From the NCBI RefSeq assembly GCF_006345805.1, contig NC_043010.1, positions 67,456,001 through 67,520,000 on the forward strand: a stretch of 64,000 nt of DNA, read 5' to 3'. Below the pieces are notes generated by a model, which was not told the DNA's origin, did no database searches, and saw only the letters and a program-made list of their open reading frames with translations. The DNA comes from Octopus sinensis (lineage: Eukaryota). The position numbers were made by a program, and so were the translations under genes. Below, in pieces: positions 26,069 to 39,540 of the stretch. Within the stretch, counting starts at the first letter, position 1; every line of letters starts with the position of its first letter.

Positions 26069-26890
26069 TTTCAGTCATTTGACTGTGGCCATGCTGGAGC
26101 ACTGCCTTTATAGTCGGGCAAATCAACCCCCATACGTATCTGTGGTGGGGGGTGTGTATGTATATGTACATATATATATTTCAGTCATTTGACTGTGGCC
26201 ATGCTGGAGCACTGCCTTTATAGTCGGGCAAATCAACCCCAAGACTTATTCTTTCTAAGCCTAGTACTTATTCTATCGGTCCCTTTTGCCGAACCGCTAC
26301 GTTACGGTTGTCAAGCGATGTTGGGAACACACACACACACACGCATATATATATATATATATATATACGACGGGCTTCTTTCAGTTTCCGTCTACCAAAT
26401 CCACTCAAGGGTTTGGTCGGCCCGAGGCTATAGTAGACACTTGCCCAAGGTGCCACGCAGTGGGACTGAACCCGGAACCATCTGGTTGGTAAGCAAGCTA
26501 CTTACCACACAGCCACTCCTACGCCTATGTTTATATATATTTTTATCTTACCTTAGTCATTGGATTACGGTCATGCTGGAGCTTTTCTCGAACAGTACAT
26601 ATTTTTGAGTCTGCTACTATCATCGCTTTTAGCGAACTGCTATGTTACGGGGAGGTAAACAAACCAACGGTTGTCAAGCATTAGTGGAGGACAGGCGCGC
26701 GCACACACAAACGCGCCTTTTTATATATAAACGACGGGCTTCCACACAGTTTCCGTCTACTAGATTCACTCATAAACCATTGGTCGGCCCGGGGCTATAA
26801 TAGAAAACACTGGCCTAAGGTGTTGCTCAGTGGGACTGAACCCGAAATCGCGTGGTTACAAAGCTAGCTTCTTTACCACGAAGCCATTCC
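26069..26890 (-). mobile_element. SINE family 1 copies (26069-26527; degenerate 26550-26890)
   Basis: Matches the family consensus on the minus strand. Confidence 0.85.
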
Positions 26891-29800
26891 GGCAAAACAC
26901 ACACGCACAAAATGGTTGTGCTAAAGATTTCACTTTGTGTTTCGTGTTTCGATCCCCAACTGCGCGAAACTTTGGGTCCTCATATTCACCAATACTTCGG
27001 GAATATCATTTTGGTCATCGGAAACTGTACTGAAGACTCGTGTGTGGATGTGTAAGACTCGAGTTTATATTTACACCGGTCGAATAACCTATGTTTTTAT
27101 GTTGTGCCTTATCGTTTCCCCCCGTACTAAAAAAAAAAGCAGTTCGATAAATAGAAATCGATAAAATAGTTACCACACTGAAATATGTACTAGGGTCCAA
27201 ATGATTGACTAAAACTCAGACAGGCAGTGCTCCAACATGGCCGTGGTTCCAACGTCTGGAACCGCTAAAAGAATATGAAAAAAAAGTGTCTAATCTAATA
27301 CATTTTTGGAATGTTTTCTCCGAATTGGCTCACAAATCTGCCAATGTGTCAAACTTCTTACACAGGAAAATGCTTTTAAACTTAATTCTTATTCTGTTTC
27401 TCCGTTTGCTGCGTGCTAAGAAGTTTGCTGGCTTCAGGTTCGATCCCACTGCGTGGTGCCGTGGGCAAGTGTATTTCACTATTAGCCCAAGACCGAGCGG
27501 ATTTGGTAGACGGCAACTGAAAAGAAGTCCGTCGTGTGTGTCTGTGTGCGTGTGTATTCCATCAGTTGACAACCGGTGGTTATTTGTTTACGTTCCTGTA
27601 ACATAGCGGTTCGGCTAAAGTGACTGTTAGAATAAATATCAGACTTTAAATAATTCGCCTAATTTGTTTATAAAGTGCTCCAGCATGACCGCAGTCAAAC
27701 TGACAACAAAAAAAGACGGGCGCGTGTGCGTGTGTTTGTGTCTAGAAATGGACAACTGATAAATTTACTGTTATTGTTTTTAGTGAAATAAACGTTTGTT
27801 TGTATAAGTGCGCCCACGCGTACTTTTGCTGTACGTCACCAGAAGCGAAAACAAATGTAGGTTGAAATTTCTTTATTTCTATTAGTCTTGTAATCTTTCA
27901 TGCTTTATCAAAATAATGCCAGAAAACAAAAGATTCCCAACATTAATTCACAATGGAAGGGTTGTTTTTTTTTTGTTTTTTTCTTCTTAATATCCTCTCG
28001 TCTGATAAATCTTTGTTGGGGTAACAACAATTCTCTCCATTGAAAGCTCTGACTACAGTGGAACGGTTTTGCTCCGGTGCTTTTTCTTTTATCTTTTACA
28101 GTAAATATTTCGGAGCCACTTTATCGTACAGTCTCACCTTTTTACCCTTAATTTAACCCTGTTCAGGTCATTTAACAGTGTAAACTTCGGATACTGCGGT
28201 AAGGCCGCACTCTAAAAGTAGCACCATTTTCTGTTTTTCTGTTGTAACTTTGTGAAGACTTCGTTTCGAAGGTAATGTATTCCGACAAAATCTCTGAGCG
28301 ATATTCATCGATAATTTTGTGTATTGCTCTTCGTTTCAGATCCATTACGTAGAGGTTTATTGCTTTACTATATTACTGAAGTCTTGCTACAATGTCCTTC
28401 CGTAGTTAAAGACCACTTCTGTTCAAGATAGTCCAAATTCCCACACACGTGGATACCACAAATGTCCATCAGCGAATCCCAAATCTTGCCCCTGTAACCA
28501 ACTTGTTTGTTGTAGGGTTTGAAACAGCTTACGTTATCGTACGTTTGTTAAACACGTGTACATATACGCATGCATATGTATATAGACTTATTACGTTTAT
28601 AATATATACACGCATACATATATTCTTTATCCATTGGTTCACAAATCTGCCAATGGGTCAAGCATCTTATTTTAATGGTTACTTCTTACACAGGAAAATG
28701 CTTTTAAACTTAATTCTTATTCTGTTTCTCCGTTTGCCTCGTGCTAAGAAGTTTGCTGGCTTCGGGTTCGATCCCACTGCGTGGCGCCGTGGGCAAGTGT
28801 ATTTCACTGTACCCCAAGACCGAGCGGATTTGGTAGACGGCAACTGAAAAGAAGTCCGTCGTGTGTGTGCATCCCGTCAGTTGACAACCGGTGGTTATTT
28901 GTTTACGTTCCTGTAACAAAGCGGTTCGGCTAAAGTGACTGTTAAAATAAATATCAGGCTTTAAAATAATTTGTTTATAAAGTGCCCCAGCATGGCCGCA
29001 GTCAAACTGACAAAAAAAAAGTCCAATATTAACAAGCATAGCTGGCGTACTTTAGTGATTTGAAATGAAAGGCAAAAATTGACTCCGGTAGAATTTGAAC
29101 TCAGAACATAGGAAGCCAGGTCGATTACTCGCAAAGCAATCTATCCCACGCTCTAACGACTCTGCCAATTACCCCCACCCTCTACGTGTATGTGTGTGTG
29201 ATGTCTTTATCGCTTAACACTGCCGTTTATCCATCCAACCAGTATTCAAGAATCTATTAAAGCTTCTCTCTGTTGGGCCAGATGCTCTCTGCTTGCTCGG
29301 CTTGTTTATTTTACGTCAACCGTTCTAATATATCAGATTACTAGTCGTTTACATGTAAGTACACAGGCATATACGTACGTTAAATAGCATTGATTCTCTG
29401 CCATTGGCACAAGGCCAGTCTTTGTGGGACGATGTGTAAAGACATGAGTATCTTATTGGCATTTGGTTTCTTCACGCCGTTCATGGGGCTGCGTGTGTGA
29501 AGAACTGCTTTGTCGAGTCTGGCGGGATTATTATTTTTTTTTCCTTAAATAGAATTCTTCTCATGCATTTTGTGAACTATAGCGTCGTTAGTTTATAGGC
29601 TTCCAAAAAACGAACTTTTCATTGACTCGCTACATTTCTGATGGCAGAGAGAGTGACAGAGCAGTGTCTGGACTTCTTAGGCGGAATTGTATATTGGGTG
29701 GTATTACATTCGACGCACCGGTTTATTGGTTTTTCTTGCCGACACACACATATCTATGACGGAATTCTGCTAAGTTTCCATCAACCACATTTCATTCAAA

Positions 29801-30049
29801 ACGCATTAGCCAGTCCGAAACTTTGGTAGAAGATACTTGCCTTAGGTGCCGTACCCAAGTGGGATCGAAACCGGAAGCATGTGGTTGAAAAGTGAACTTC
29901 ATACCTGTCTCTGAGAACACAGAGCCTTAAACGGGTGGCACACTAAAATATACTGAAGATTATTCTATTGAAGCCCGACACGTTCCCGTTTATACGAATT
30001 CACTCGTTTTGCACGTTGAATAACATTTCTGTATTGATAATGTGTGTAC

Positions 30050-31043
30050 GTACACACACCGCATACACACACCGCATACACACACCATACACACACCATA
30101 CACATACACAACACATACACAACACATACACAACACATACACAACACATACACAACACATACACAACACATACACAACACATACACAACACATACACAAC
30201 ACATACACAACACATACACAACACATACACAACACATACACAACACATACACAACACATACACAACACATACACAACACATACACAACACATACACAACA
30301 CATACACAACACATACACAACACATACACAACACATACACCAACACATACACAACACTACACACACATACACAACACATACACAACACATACACAACACA
30401 TACACAACACATACACAACCATACACAACACATACACAACACATACCACAACACATACACACACACATACACACACATACACAACACACATACACACACC
30501 ATACACAACACATACACAACACATACACAACACATACACAACACACACACAACACACTACACAACACATACACCACACATACACAACACATACACAACAC
30601 ATACACACACATACACACACATACACACACATACACACACATACACAACACATCACAACACATACACAACCACATACACAACACACACACAACACATACA
30701 CAACACATACACAACACACACACACACATACACAACACACACACAACACATACACCACACATACACAACACATACCAACACATACACAACACATACACAA
30801 CACATCACACACACATACACAACCACACACACACACACACAACACATACACAACACATACACAACCATACACACCACATACACAACACCATACACAACAC
30901 ACACACACACATACACACACCTACACACACACATACACATACCATACACACACCATACACATACACATACACATACCATACACAACACATACACATACCA
31001 TACACATACCATACACATACCATACACAACACATACACATACC

Positions 31044-31074
<31 letters not shown>

Positions 31075-31255
31075 TACCATACCATACACACACACCACAC
31101 ACACACCACACACACACCACACACACACCACACACACACCACATATACACACACCACATATACGCACCACACACACACATCACATATACGCACCACACAC
31201 ACACACATATACACACCACACCACACACCACACACCACACACACACCACACACAC
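30050..31255. repeat. 11-bp minisatellite (caacacataca)n degrading to CA-rich repeat
   Basis: Directly visible; source of the HT-rich and VC-rich ORFs. Confidence 0.95.
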
Positions 31256-32129
31256 TTTCTCTCGCTCTTACACTGATGTTTGGCATCTGTCTTCCCGTAA
31301 ATCTAGGGTCTGCCTTTAACACTTGACTGCTTCACAGCCCCTATTTTAGAAACAAATTAGTAAATACAGTTCCCCCAATGAACTCCGCATTGTTTTACAG
31401 GCGTGACTCTGTGGTTAAGAAGCCCGCTTTGCAACCGCTTGGTTTCTAGTTCAAACCCACTGCGCAGCACCTTGGGCAAGTATCTTCAACTATCGACCCA
31501 AGCTTTGAGTGAATTTCGTCGACGAAAACTGAGAGAAGCCCGTCGTGTGTGCGTATCTGTCTCCGTCTGCCTGTCTCTTTGTGTTGGTTTGTTTACGTCC
31601 CCGTAAATTAACGATTCAGCAAAAGCGACCCCGATACTGGGGGTCGATTTTGTTCGACTAAACCCCTCCAAGCCGGGTGCCCCCAGCATGGCCGATGTCC
31701 AATGATTGAGGCAAAAGATAAAAAAAAAAAAGATGGGGACTTAATCTTCACAGAAACCGGGATAGTTTATTTAGGTTTGTTTCTAAAATTCTCATCTTAC
31801 AAAAAGGGATTTTTATGTTTTGGTCTCTCGTCCCCTTTTCGATGATAAAAAACAAATGTCTACTGTGCCCCCACGTCCCACCCGTTTGTTCTTGTGAAGT
31901 AATCAGTGCCTCACCCCTCTTTTGTATCGTGTTTTTCGCTTTTATTCTTCTTTGTATTTTCTATCCTATTTTTATCGTCTGCTACCTTTTTTTTTCTCTG
32001 ACTGGAAAGATTCAGTGTAAAAAAAATCTGCTCCACTTCACGGCTGTTTGTTGTTTCTGCTGGTGTATAGCGGCTTTTTGTTGTCTTCTCCTCATCTCCG
32101 TCGTCGTCGCTGCCGTCCATTTCGTGTTT

Positions 32130-32710
32130 TTCCTTTTTCTTCGTCGTTTCGTCGTCATTTTCTTCTTTTACTTTTTCGTCGTCTTTTTTTTCTTCGTCGT
32201 CTTTTTCTTTTTCTTCGTCTTTTTTCTTTATTCTTCGTCTTTTTTCTTCTTCGTCGTCTTTTTCTCTTTTTCTTCGTCGTCTTTTTCTCTTTTTCTTCGT
32301 CGTCTTTTTCTTTATTCTTCGTCGTCTTTTTCTCTTTTTCTTCGTCGTCTTTTTCTCTTTTTCTTCGTCGTCTTTTTCTCTTTTTCTTCGTCGTTTCGTC
32401 GTCTTTTTCTCTTTTTCTTCGTCGTCTTTTTCTTTTTCTTCGTCGTCTTTTTCTTTTTCTTCGTCGTCTTTTTCTTTTTCTTCGTCGTCTTTTTCTTTTT
32501 CTTCGTCGTTTCGTCGTCATTTTCTTCTTTTACTTTTCGTCGTCTTTTTCTTTTCTTTTTCTTCGTCGTCTTTTTCTCTTTTTCTTCGTTGTCTTTTTCA
32601 TTTTTTTCTCTTTTTCTTCGTCGTCTTTTTTTTCTTCGTCGTCTTTTTTCTTCTTCGTCGTCTTTTTCTCTTTTTCTTCGTTGTCTTTTTCATTTTTTTC
32701 TCTTTTTCGC
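32130..32710. repeat. Pyrimidine-rich minisatellite (cttcgtcgtctttttct...)n
   Basis: About 18-21 bp units, directly visible. Confidence 0.92.
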
Positions 32711-33035
32711 TTCCTCTTAAATACTTCCCACGATCTCGTACTAATCGCCCTCTATTTTCTTTTTTTCGTTAATTTTACACTTTATGCAAATTATTTCCTT
32801 ATCTTCCTTCCTGTTCACCAACCTACTTTCCCTCCTGTCCTTCTTCGCCGTCCTACAAATTCAACAGTAATGCTGCTTTTCTCCTATCTCCGTTCACGTA
32901 TCTCTCGTTGCTGAAACCCTCAAACCACCTCTCACCCAGTTTTGCGGATGTTGAGGCTTTGTTATTTATTTTATTTTGCATGTGTGAACTTAGCTCTGGG
33001 GTGTCTGTCTCTTTTTTTTTTTTTTTTTTTTTTTT

Positions 33036-33351
33036 CTTTTACTTGTTTCAGAAATTTGACTGCGGCCATGCTGGAGCACCGCCTTTAATCGAGCAACTCG
33101 ACCCCGGGACTTATTCTTTTGTAAGCCCAGTACTTATTCTATCGGTCTCTTTTTTGCCGAACCGCTAAGTGACGGGGACGTAAACACACCAGCATCGGTT
33201 GTCAAGCAATGCTAGGGGGACAAACACAGACACACACACACACACACACACACATACATTATATGCATATATACGACAGGCTTCTTTCAGTTTTCGTCTA
33301 CCAAATCCACTCACAAGGCGTTGGTCGGCCCGAGGCTATAGTAGAAGACAA
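33036..33351 (-). mobile_element. SINE family 1, 5'-truncated
   Basis: Close match to the consensus. Confidence 0.88.
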
Positions 33352-33479
33352 CGATCTTGAAGCAGGACATGAAACAATTTTCTGTATTAAAATAGGAAAA
33401 TCTGAGTTTTCTGGTGCCTTGCCTTGTTTTAAGGACTTGGTCCGTGGACCAACTGCAGCCGTGTGGTTACGGGTTCAGT

Positions 33480-33850
33480 AGCCGTATTTCGTCTGCCGTT
33501 ACGTTCCGAGTTCAAATTCCGCCGAGGTCGACTTTGCCTTTCATCCTTTCGGGGTCGATGAAATAAGTACCAGTCACGCACTGGGGTCGATGTAATCGAC
33601 TTAATCCGTTTCTCTGTCCTTGTTTGTCCCCTCTGTGTTTAGCCCCTTGTGGGTAGTAAAGAAATAAGTATTTCGTCTGCCGTTACGTTCTGAGTTCAAA
33701 TTCCGCCGAGGTCGACTTTGCCTTTCATCCTTTCGGGGTCGATGAAATAAGTACCAGTCACGCACTGGGGTCGATGTAATCGACTTAATCCGTTTCTCTG
33801 TCCTTGTTTGTCCTCTCTGTGTTTAGCTCCATGTGGGTAGTAAAGAAATA
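33480..33850 (+). mobile_element. SINE family 3 tandem dimer inserted in a family-1 SINE
   Basis: Two 184-bp units (33484, 33668) with gtcgactttgcctttcatcctttcggggtcgat (Meta-domain-like, from recall). 15-bp TSD ggttacgggttcagt. Confidence 0.85.
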
Positions 33851-34445
33851 GGTTACGGGTTCAGTCTCACTGTGCGGAGCTCCACGGACCGACCAATCCC
33901 TTGTGAATCTGGTAGACAGATGGAAACTGAAAGAAGCCCGTCGTATGCGTGTGTCTTTGTGTGTGCCCCCCCCCCGCCGCCCTTCACTTGATCACCGGTA
34001 TCGGTTTGTTTACGTCCCCGCGAGTTGGCAGTTCGGACAAAGACGCCAGTAGAACAAGTAAGTGCCGCATGGCCGCAGTGCAATGACGGAAATAAGTGAA
34101 AGAGTAACATGGCGTAAAAACATAAGCTGAATGTTTTTGTTTTTTTTTTTCTAAACTTTCGTTTCTTTTTTTTTTTGTGTGTGTGTTTTCTCTTGGCCGT
34201 ATCTAAGGAAGAAAAAAAAAAACACGTTATTCACTGTATTTGCTCAACTATAATTGAGTTGTTCTTCTGTATTATTTACTTAGAAAATTGTCTAATTTGT
34301 AGCAGTCTTTTATATTTGCGCCAGGAACTACTGATAACGGCGAATCATCTAGAAAACCTCTATGTAATTTGTTCAACTTATTACAAAATATCAGCCAAAT
34401 CTCTCCCAAATCACACCCTATCGTCATATAAAAAATAATAATATA

Positions 34446-34838
34446 GGCGCAGGAGTGGCTGTGTGGTAAGTAGCTTGTTTACCAACCACATGGTTCCGGG
34501 TTCAGTCCCACTGCGTGGCACCTTGGGCAAGTGTCTTCTACTATAGCCTCGGGCCGACCAAAGCCTTGTGAGTGGATTTGGTAGACGGAAACTGAAAGAA
34601 GCCCGTCGTATATATGTATATATATATGTATGCGTGTGTGTGTCTGTGTTTGTCCCCTAGCATTGCTTGACAACCGATGCTGGTGTGTTTATGTCCCCGT
34701 TACTTAGCGGTTCGGCAAAAGAGACCGATAGAATAAGTACTGGGCTTACAAAAGAATAAGTCCCGGGGTCGAGTTGCTCGACTAAAGGCGATGCTCCAGC
34801 ATGGCCGCAGTCAAATGACTGAAACGAGTAAAAGAGTA
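34446..34838 (+). mobile_element. SINE family 1, full length
   Basis: ggcgcaggagtggctgtgtggtaag head through the gagtaaaagagtaa tail. Confidence 0.92.
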
Positions 34839-35846
34839 ATAATAATAAATACTCTAGATATTGTTCTAGGTGTATTATAGTATATAAAAAGTGGAAGTGG
34901 TATATGGCTTGAAGAATGTTTTCGATCGTAGGGTCTGCTCATAGGGCTAAATACCAACCTGTGGTATTAGCCAGTGAGAACTTATATGAGGTTGCTCAAC
35001 TTGCTAGATATAGCAACAAATCTTCCTCAAATGCCAACCTAATTTCTGTTATGCGTTTGGAGAACTAATGTAGGTCTAGATAAACTGCCTGAATAAAACA
35101 AGGTGGTAATGACTGGAATGTGTGCTGGAGCAGAGTGATCTGGGGGTTAAAAATGAAAGGAAACCAGTCACCCTTTCAGATACCCTCTACTTACCCCTAC
35201 CAGCTTTGTTTCCTAAATTCCTTTTTCTCGTTATTTGTTCTGTTGCTTTATGATCCTATAATTCTGTTACCTTTGACCAAAAAGCTTTCTAATTAGTTGA
35301 TTCTAGTCATTGTATGTACATTGACTGAACGGAATTGAGAATTTGAAATGATTCCCTTGTACAGGCTTAGTTTGTAGGTAATTTGTTGAGGGATTCTAGA
35401 ACAAGGGGTTCTTTTTCTCCCTCCGAAATAGTTGAAGCTTAGTTATTCTAGTTTAAGAATCAATGTCATGCTTCAGCAAACTGCTATTTTTCACTTATGA
35501 AAATTTAATCATTAGGTGTAACGAGAAGTAGCAGTAAGTAAAATACAAGAAAAATTAAACATCTTAAATTAATCTTTTCATCCAAAATTAAATATAGGAA
35601 TCAGGGAATTATATTTTGTTTTATAAACTTTTTGAAGTTGTATCTTAATGCTTGTTTTACTGTCACTGGTTGTACTGTCTCTGTTTTGGTTATTCCTATA
35701 TTTTATCTCAAAACAATATCTAGGGGTTATGTAGTGAGGAGTGATGCCTCTGGCAAGTGTCTTCTATCGTCCTGGCCCAACCACAGATTTATGAGTGGAT
35801 TTGGTTGACGGAAACTGAAAGAAGCCTGTGTGTGTGCATGTCTATA

Positions 35847-36056
35847 CGAGGAAGTACTGAAAAGAAAAATTCCTGGCTTTAAAAAAGGCCTGCTTGGAGG
35901 CCCAACCTTCCCAATTCTTTTACAGGGCTTAGAAAAACTGAAGGACCATTGCAATAAGTGTGCGAATCTGAGAGAAACGTGTTTAATAAAATCATAATTA
36001 ACTGATCCTCCTGTATTTACTTTTACCCAAAGCCAAGAACTTCTCACCACCCTTTG
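35847..36056 (+). mobile_element. Mariner MITE nested in the microsatellite of a family-1 SINE (about 35750-36280)
   Basis: TA|cgagg...ttcctggcttt and aaagccaagaactt...tg|TA; remnant of a mariner C-terminus (KLKDHCNKCANL). Confidence 0.7.
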
Positions 36057-36780
36057 TATACATGTATGCGTCTTTGTTTGTCCACCCCACCCACCCTCAC
36101 TCGAGAGCCAGCATTTGTTTGCTTTTCTGTAATTTAGCAGTTCAGCAAAGTAGACCAGGTGGAAAAAAAAAAAAAGCCAAAACAAAAATACTGAGGTCAG
36201 TTGGTTCAACTACACCTGTCAAGGCTGTACCCCCTCCTGCCCCCAGCATGGCCACTGTCCAATGACTGAAACAGGATACAAGGTTACTGTTGTCATGACC
36301 CAATCAATTCCTGGTTTCCTTGTTGACTGGAACCATGTACCTACTCCACTGATTGCTTAAATTCTCTAATTGTTTCATTTGCATGTGGTTTATTGCTTGC
36401 ACCAACAGTTTCTACAACGTGAACGAATCCATGCACTGGATTTGCTTAGCCTCTGGCAGATTTGTCTTAAAGCCTTAGATATTCTTATACAAAAGATTAG
36501 AAGTGTTTCGCTGGAGCTTACGTTTCTGACATCAGAGAAAAGTAGCTTTTATTTGTTGCTGTTTATTTCCTAGTAACCTACATAATGAGAAAAATCTTTT
36601 CTTCAATCTGTCTTTTTATGTGGTTTTCATTGTGTGTGTGTGTGTGTTTTCTTTTTTTTTTTTTTCTTTTATTCTAAGATTTTGTTAGAACAGACTTGCA
36701 CTCTAAGACCAGTCCTTTTTATTTTTTCTTTTGCTTTTGATTTGTATATACTCTGTGCATCTAGGTTTTTTTCTCCAATA

Positions 36781-37075
36781 TCCGACTCGTGGCCGATGCC
36801 AGCGCCGCCTCGACTGGCTTCCATGCCGGTGGCACATAAAATACACCAATCCGACCATGGCCGTTGCCAGCCTCGCCTGGCACCTGTGCAGGTGGCACGT
36901 AAAAAGCACCCACTACACTCACGGAGTGGTTGGTGTTAGGAAGGGCATCCAGCTGTAGAAACATTGCCAGATAAGACTGGAGCCTGGTGCAGCCTTCTGG
37001 CTTCCCAGATCCCTGGTCGAACCGTCCAACCCATGCTAGCATGGAGAACGGACGTTAAACGATGATGATGATGAT
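36781..37075 (+). mobile_element. RTE-like LINE 3' UTR fragment with (GAT)n tail
   Basis: ggtggcacgtaaaaagcacc...ttaggaagggcatccagctgtag...cccatgctagcatgg...(gat)n; same family as 60793 and 62888. Confidence 0.75.
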
Positions 37076-37330
37076 ACTTTTTTTAAAAACCTTCTGCGCA
37101 AGTGCTTCTATGTATTGGAGGAAGACAGTTGATTTAATATTTTTTATTTTGGTTGAAGGCTAGCAATTTTGAGATTTTGGCAAGTTGACACTATCGGCTC
37201 CAGGACTCAACTGGTGCTTTATTGTATCAATTCCAAAAACGGTGAAAGGTAAAGTTGACCTTAGTAGGATTTGAACTCAAAATGTAAAGACACAGAAAAA
37301 AGTACTGCTAAGTGTTTAGACTAATGAGAT

Positions 37331-37730
37331 GGATGGGATGGAAGCACTCCGTCGGTTACGACGATGAGGGTTCCGGTTGATCCGACCAACGGAACAGCCT
37401 GCTCGTGAAATTAACGTGCAAGTGGCTGAGCACTCCACAGACACGTGTACCCTTAACGTAGTTCTCGGGGATATTCAGCGTGACACAGAGAGTGACAAGG
37501 CCGGCCCTTTGAAATACAGGTACAACAGAAACAGGAAGAAAGAGTGAGAGAAAGTTGTGGTGAAGGAGTACAGCAGGGATCACCACCATCCCCTGCCAGA
37601 GGCTCGTGGAGTTTTAGGTGTTTTCGCTCAATAAACACTCACAACACACTCACAACACACTCACAACGCCCGGTCTGGGAATCGAAACTGCGAGTCCGCT
37701 GTCCTAACCACTGGGCCATTGCGCCTCCAC
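37331..37730 (-). mobile_element. SINE family 2 (tRNA-derived, possibly octopus OR-type)
   Basis: Minus-strand head ggaggcgcaatggcccagtggttag, B box gtttcgattcc, catcc tail, 11-bp TSD actaatgagat. Confidence 0.88.
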
Positions 37731-38501
37731 ACTAATGAGATATCTATTCTACTAAGACAGCTGATCTTCATTTGAAGATGATGAATAACTAAATCAGTCT
37801 CACTTTGAAATAAGAAGGAAAATTCTGATGGATCAATTATTTCCTTTTCTTTTTAAACCTCTTTAATTTTTTTTTTCTGGTTTAGTCAAGGGAAAAGTGA
37901 AGAGGCTATCACCTTCCCATCAGCCTGGAGACCATATCTCTCATCACCTTCTACTCTACATTACTCTCAATTTCCACGTTTTAGAATCCGACCCATAACT
38001 ACTCCAATCTTTTCCAATCCTGCAACTTCTCTCTTTTAAAAGGCACGAAAACTTGGCTTCCACATCCAACTTGGAACCTCCACTTGTTTGCATCCCCAAT
38101 TCCTTATTTGTCTCATCTCACAAACCACCCTTATAATTCCACTCTACTCAGTCTAGTGTCAACATGACTGTTCTGTTCGACTGGCTCACCTCTAACCTAA
38201 TATAATGCATGTCATTCAATTCTTCAATAGCCTGTACGTAGGTAAGATGGAGCTTGCAAAGCCTAAGATCTGTAGTGACTCTAAAGCATTTTGTTGCATG
38301 CTTTCAGTACCTGAATGAGTGAAGATAGAAGATAGAAGATATTCTTGATATGAGCAGTAATTGTCTTTACCATTGAAAGAGTTGAAATATTGTATTTGAT
38401 GACAGGCAAGATAGACTTTGTATTTTATCGGCCATCAAATGTTTCAAAAATAATCATCCTGGGTCCTTTATGTGAACTTGGACCTATATTAAATGTGTTA
38501 A

Positions 38502-39237
38502 CCCTTTTGTTACTCTATTTCTGTTGAGATGCTCTGTGTTTCTTTCAATTATTTTAGATATAACAAAGAATTTATCAAAATAACTTAGTTATCATTCAGC
38601 TAGTGTTAGGAACATAAATTGTGACTAAGGTTTGGTGGAAGATTTCAATTCAAAACTTATGAAAATAAAGCATTTGTACTCAGATCTAGTGTTAGGAACA
38701 TAAATTGTGACTAAGGTTGGGTGGAAGATTTCAATTCAAAACTTATGAAAATAAAACATTTGTACTCAGATCTAGTGTTAGGAACATAAATTGTGACTAA
38801 GGTTGGGTGGAAGATTTCAATTCAAAACTTATGAAAATAAAGCATTTGTACTCAGATCTAGTGTTAGGAACATAAATTGTGACTAAGGTTTGGTGGAAGA
38901 TTTCAATTCAAAACTTATGAAAATAAAGCATTTGTACTCAGATCTAGTGTTAGGAACATAAATTGTGACTAAGGTTTGGTGGAAGATTTCAATTCAAAAC
39001 TTATGAAAATAAAGCATTTGTACTCAGATCTAGTGTTAGGAACATAAATTGTGACTAAGGTTTGGTGGAAGATTTCAATTCAAAACTTATGAAAATAAAG
39101 CATTTGTACTCAGATCTAGTGTTAGGAACATAAATTGTGACTAAGGTTTGGTGGAAGATTTCAATTCAAAACTTATGAAAATAAAGCATTTGTACTCAGA
39201 TCTAGAGCCGGTTTCAGCCGGGTTAGTAACGAAAGGG
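38502..39237 (-). mobile_element. piggyBac-like MITE family A with an internal 7x86-bp tandem array (38601-39202)
   Basis: TTAA|CCCTTTT...AAAGGG|TTAA; unit starts at 38601, 38687, 38773, 38859, 38945, 39031, 39117. Confidence 0.92.
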
Positions 39238-39311
39238 TTAATACCTTAAAACTTTTCCCTCTGTGTTACCAAAATTGAGATGCATCTAGTCTGTCTGTGT
39301 GTCTTTTATGC

Positions 39312-39540
39312 CAATGGTTCTCAACCATTTTCTTCCTTTGGAGGCCCCTTTGATTCTTGTGCGAACCCTCTTAACCATCCCATGCTTTAAAAATCCTATT
39401 ATATTTTTTATAATCTAATATTAGGAATCGTACAAAAAACAAAAATAGAGTATTTGGTGTATTGGTAAGAAGCAGAACCAATTTATTGAACATAAATTTT
39501 AGCAACAAAATCTCATGTGGACCCTGGTTAAGAACCCCTG
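39312..39540. mobile_element. hAT (Charlie-like) MITE
   Basis: caatggttctcaacc / ggttaagaacccctg TIRs and a perfect 8-bp TSD ttttatgc. Related degenerate copies at about 18890-19176 and 56302-56950. Confidence 0.88.

Noticed and set aside
29965-31326. Long His/Thr-rich and Cys/Val-rich ORFs (up to 452 aa)
   Set aside because: Translation of an 11-bp CA-rich minisatellite that is open in most frames on both strands.
31815-32914. Phe/Ser/Arg-rich and Lys/Arg-rich ORFs (protamine-like on the minus strand)
   Set aside because: A pyrimidine minisatellite without stops; no gene structure.
38601-39202. CRISPR-like regular array
   Set aside because: No unique spacers, no cas genes, eukaryotic context; it is a tandem amplification inside a MITE.
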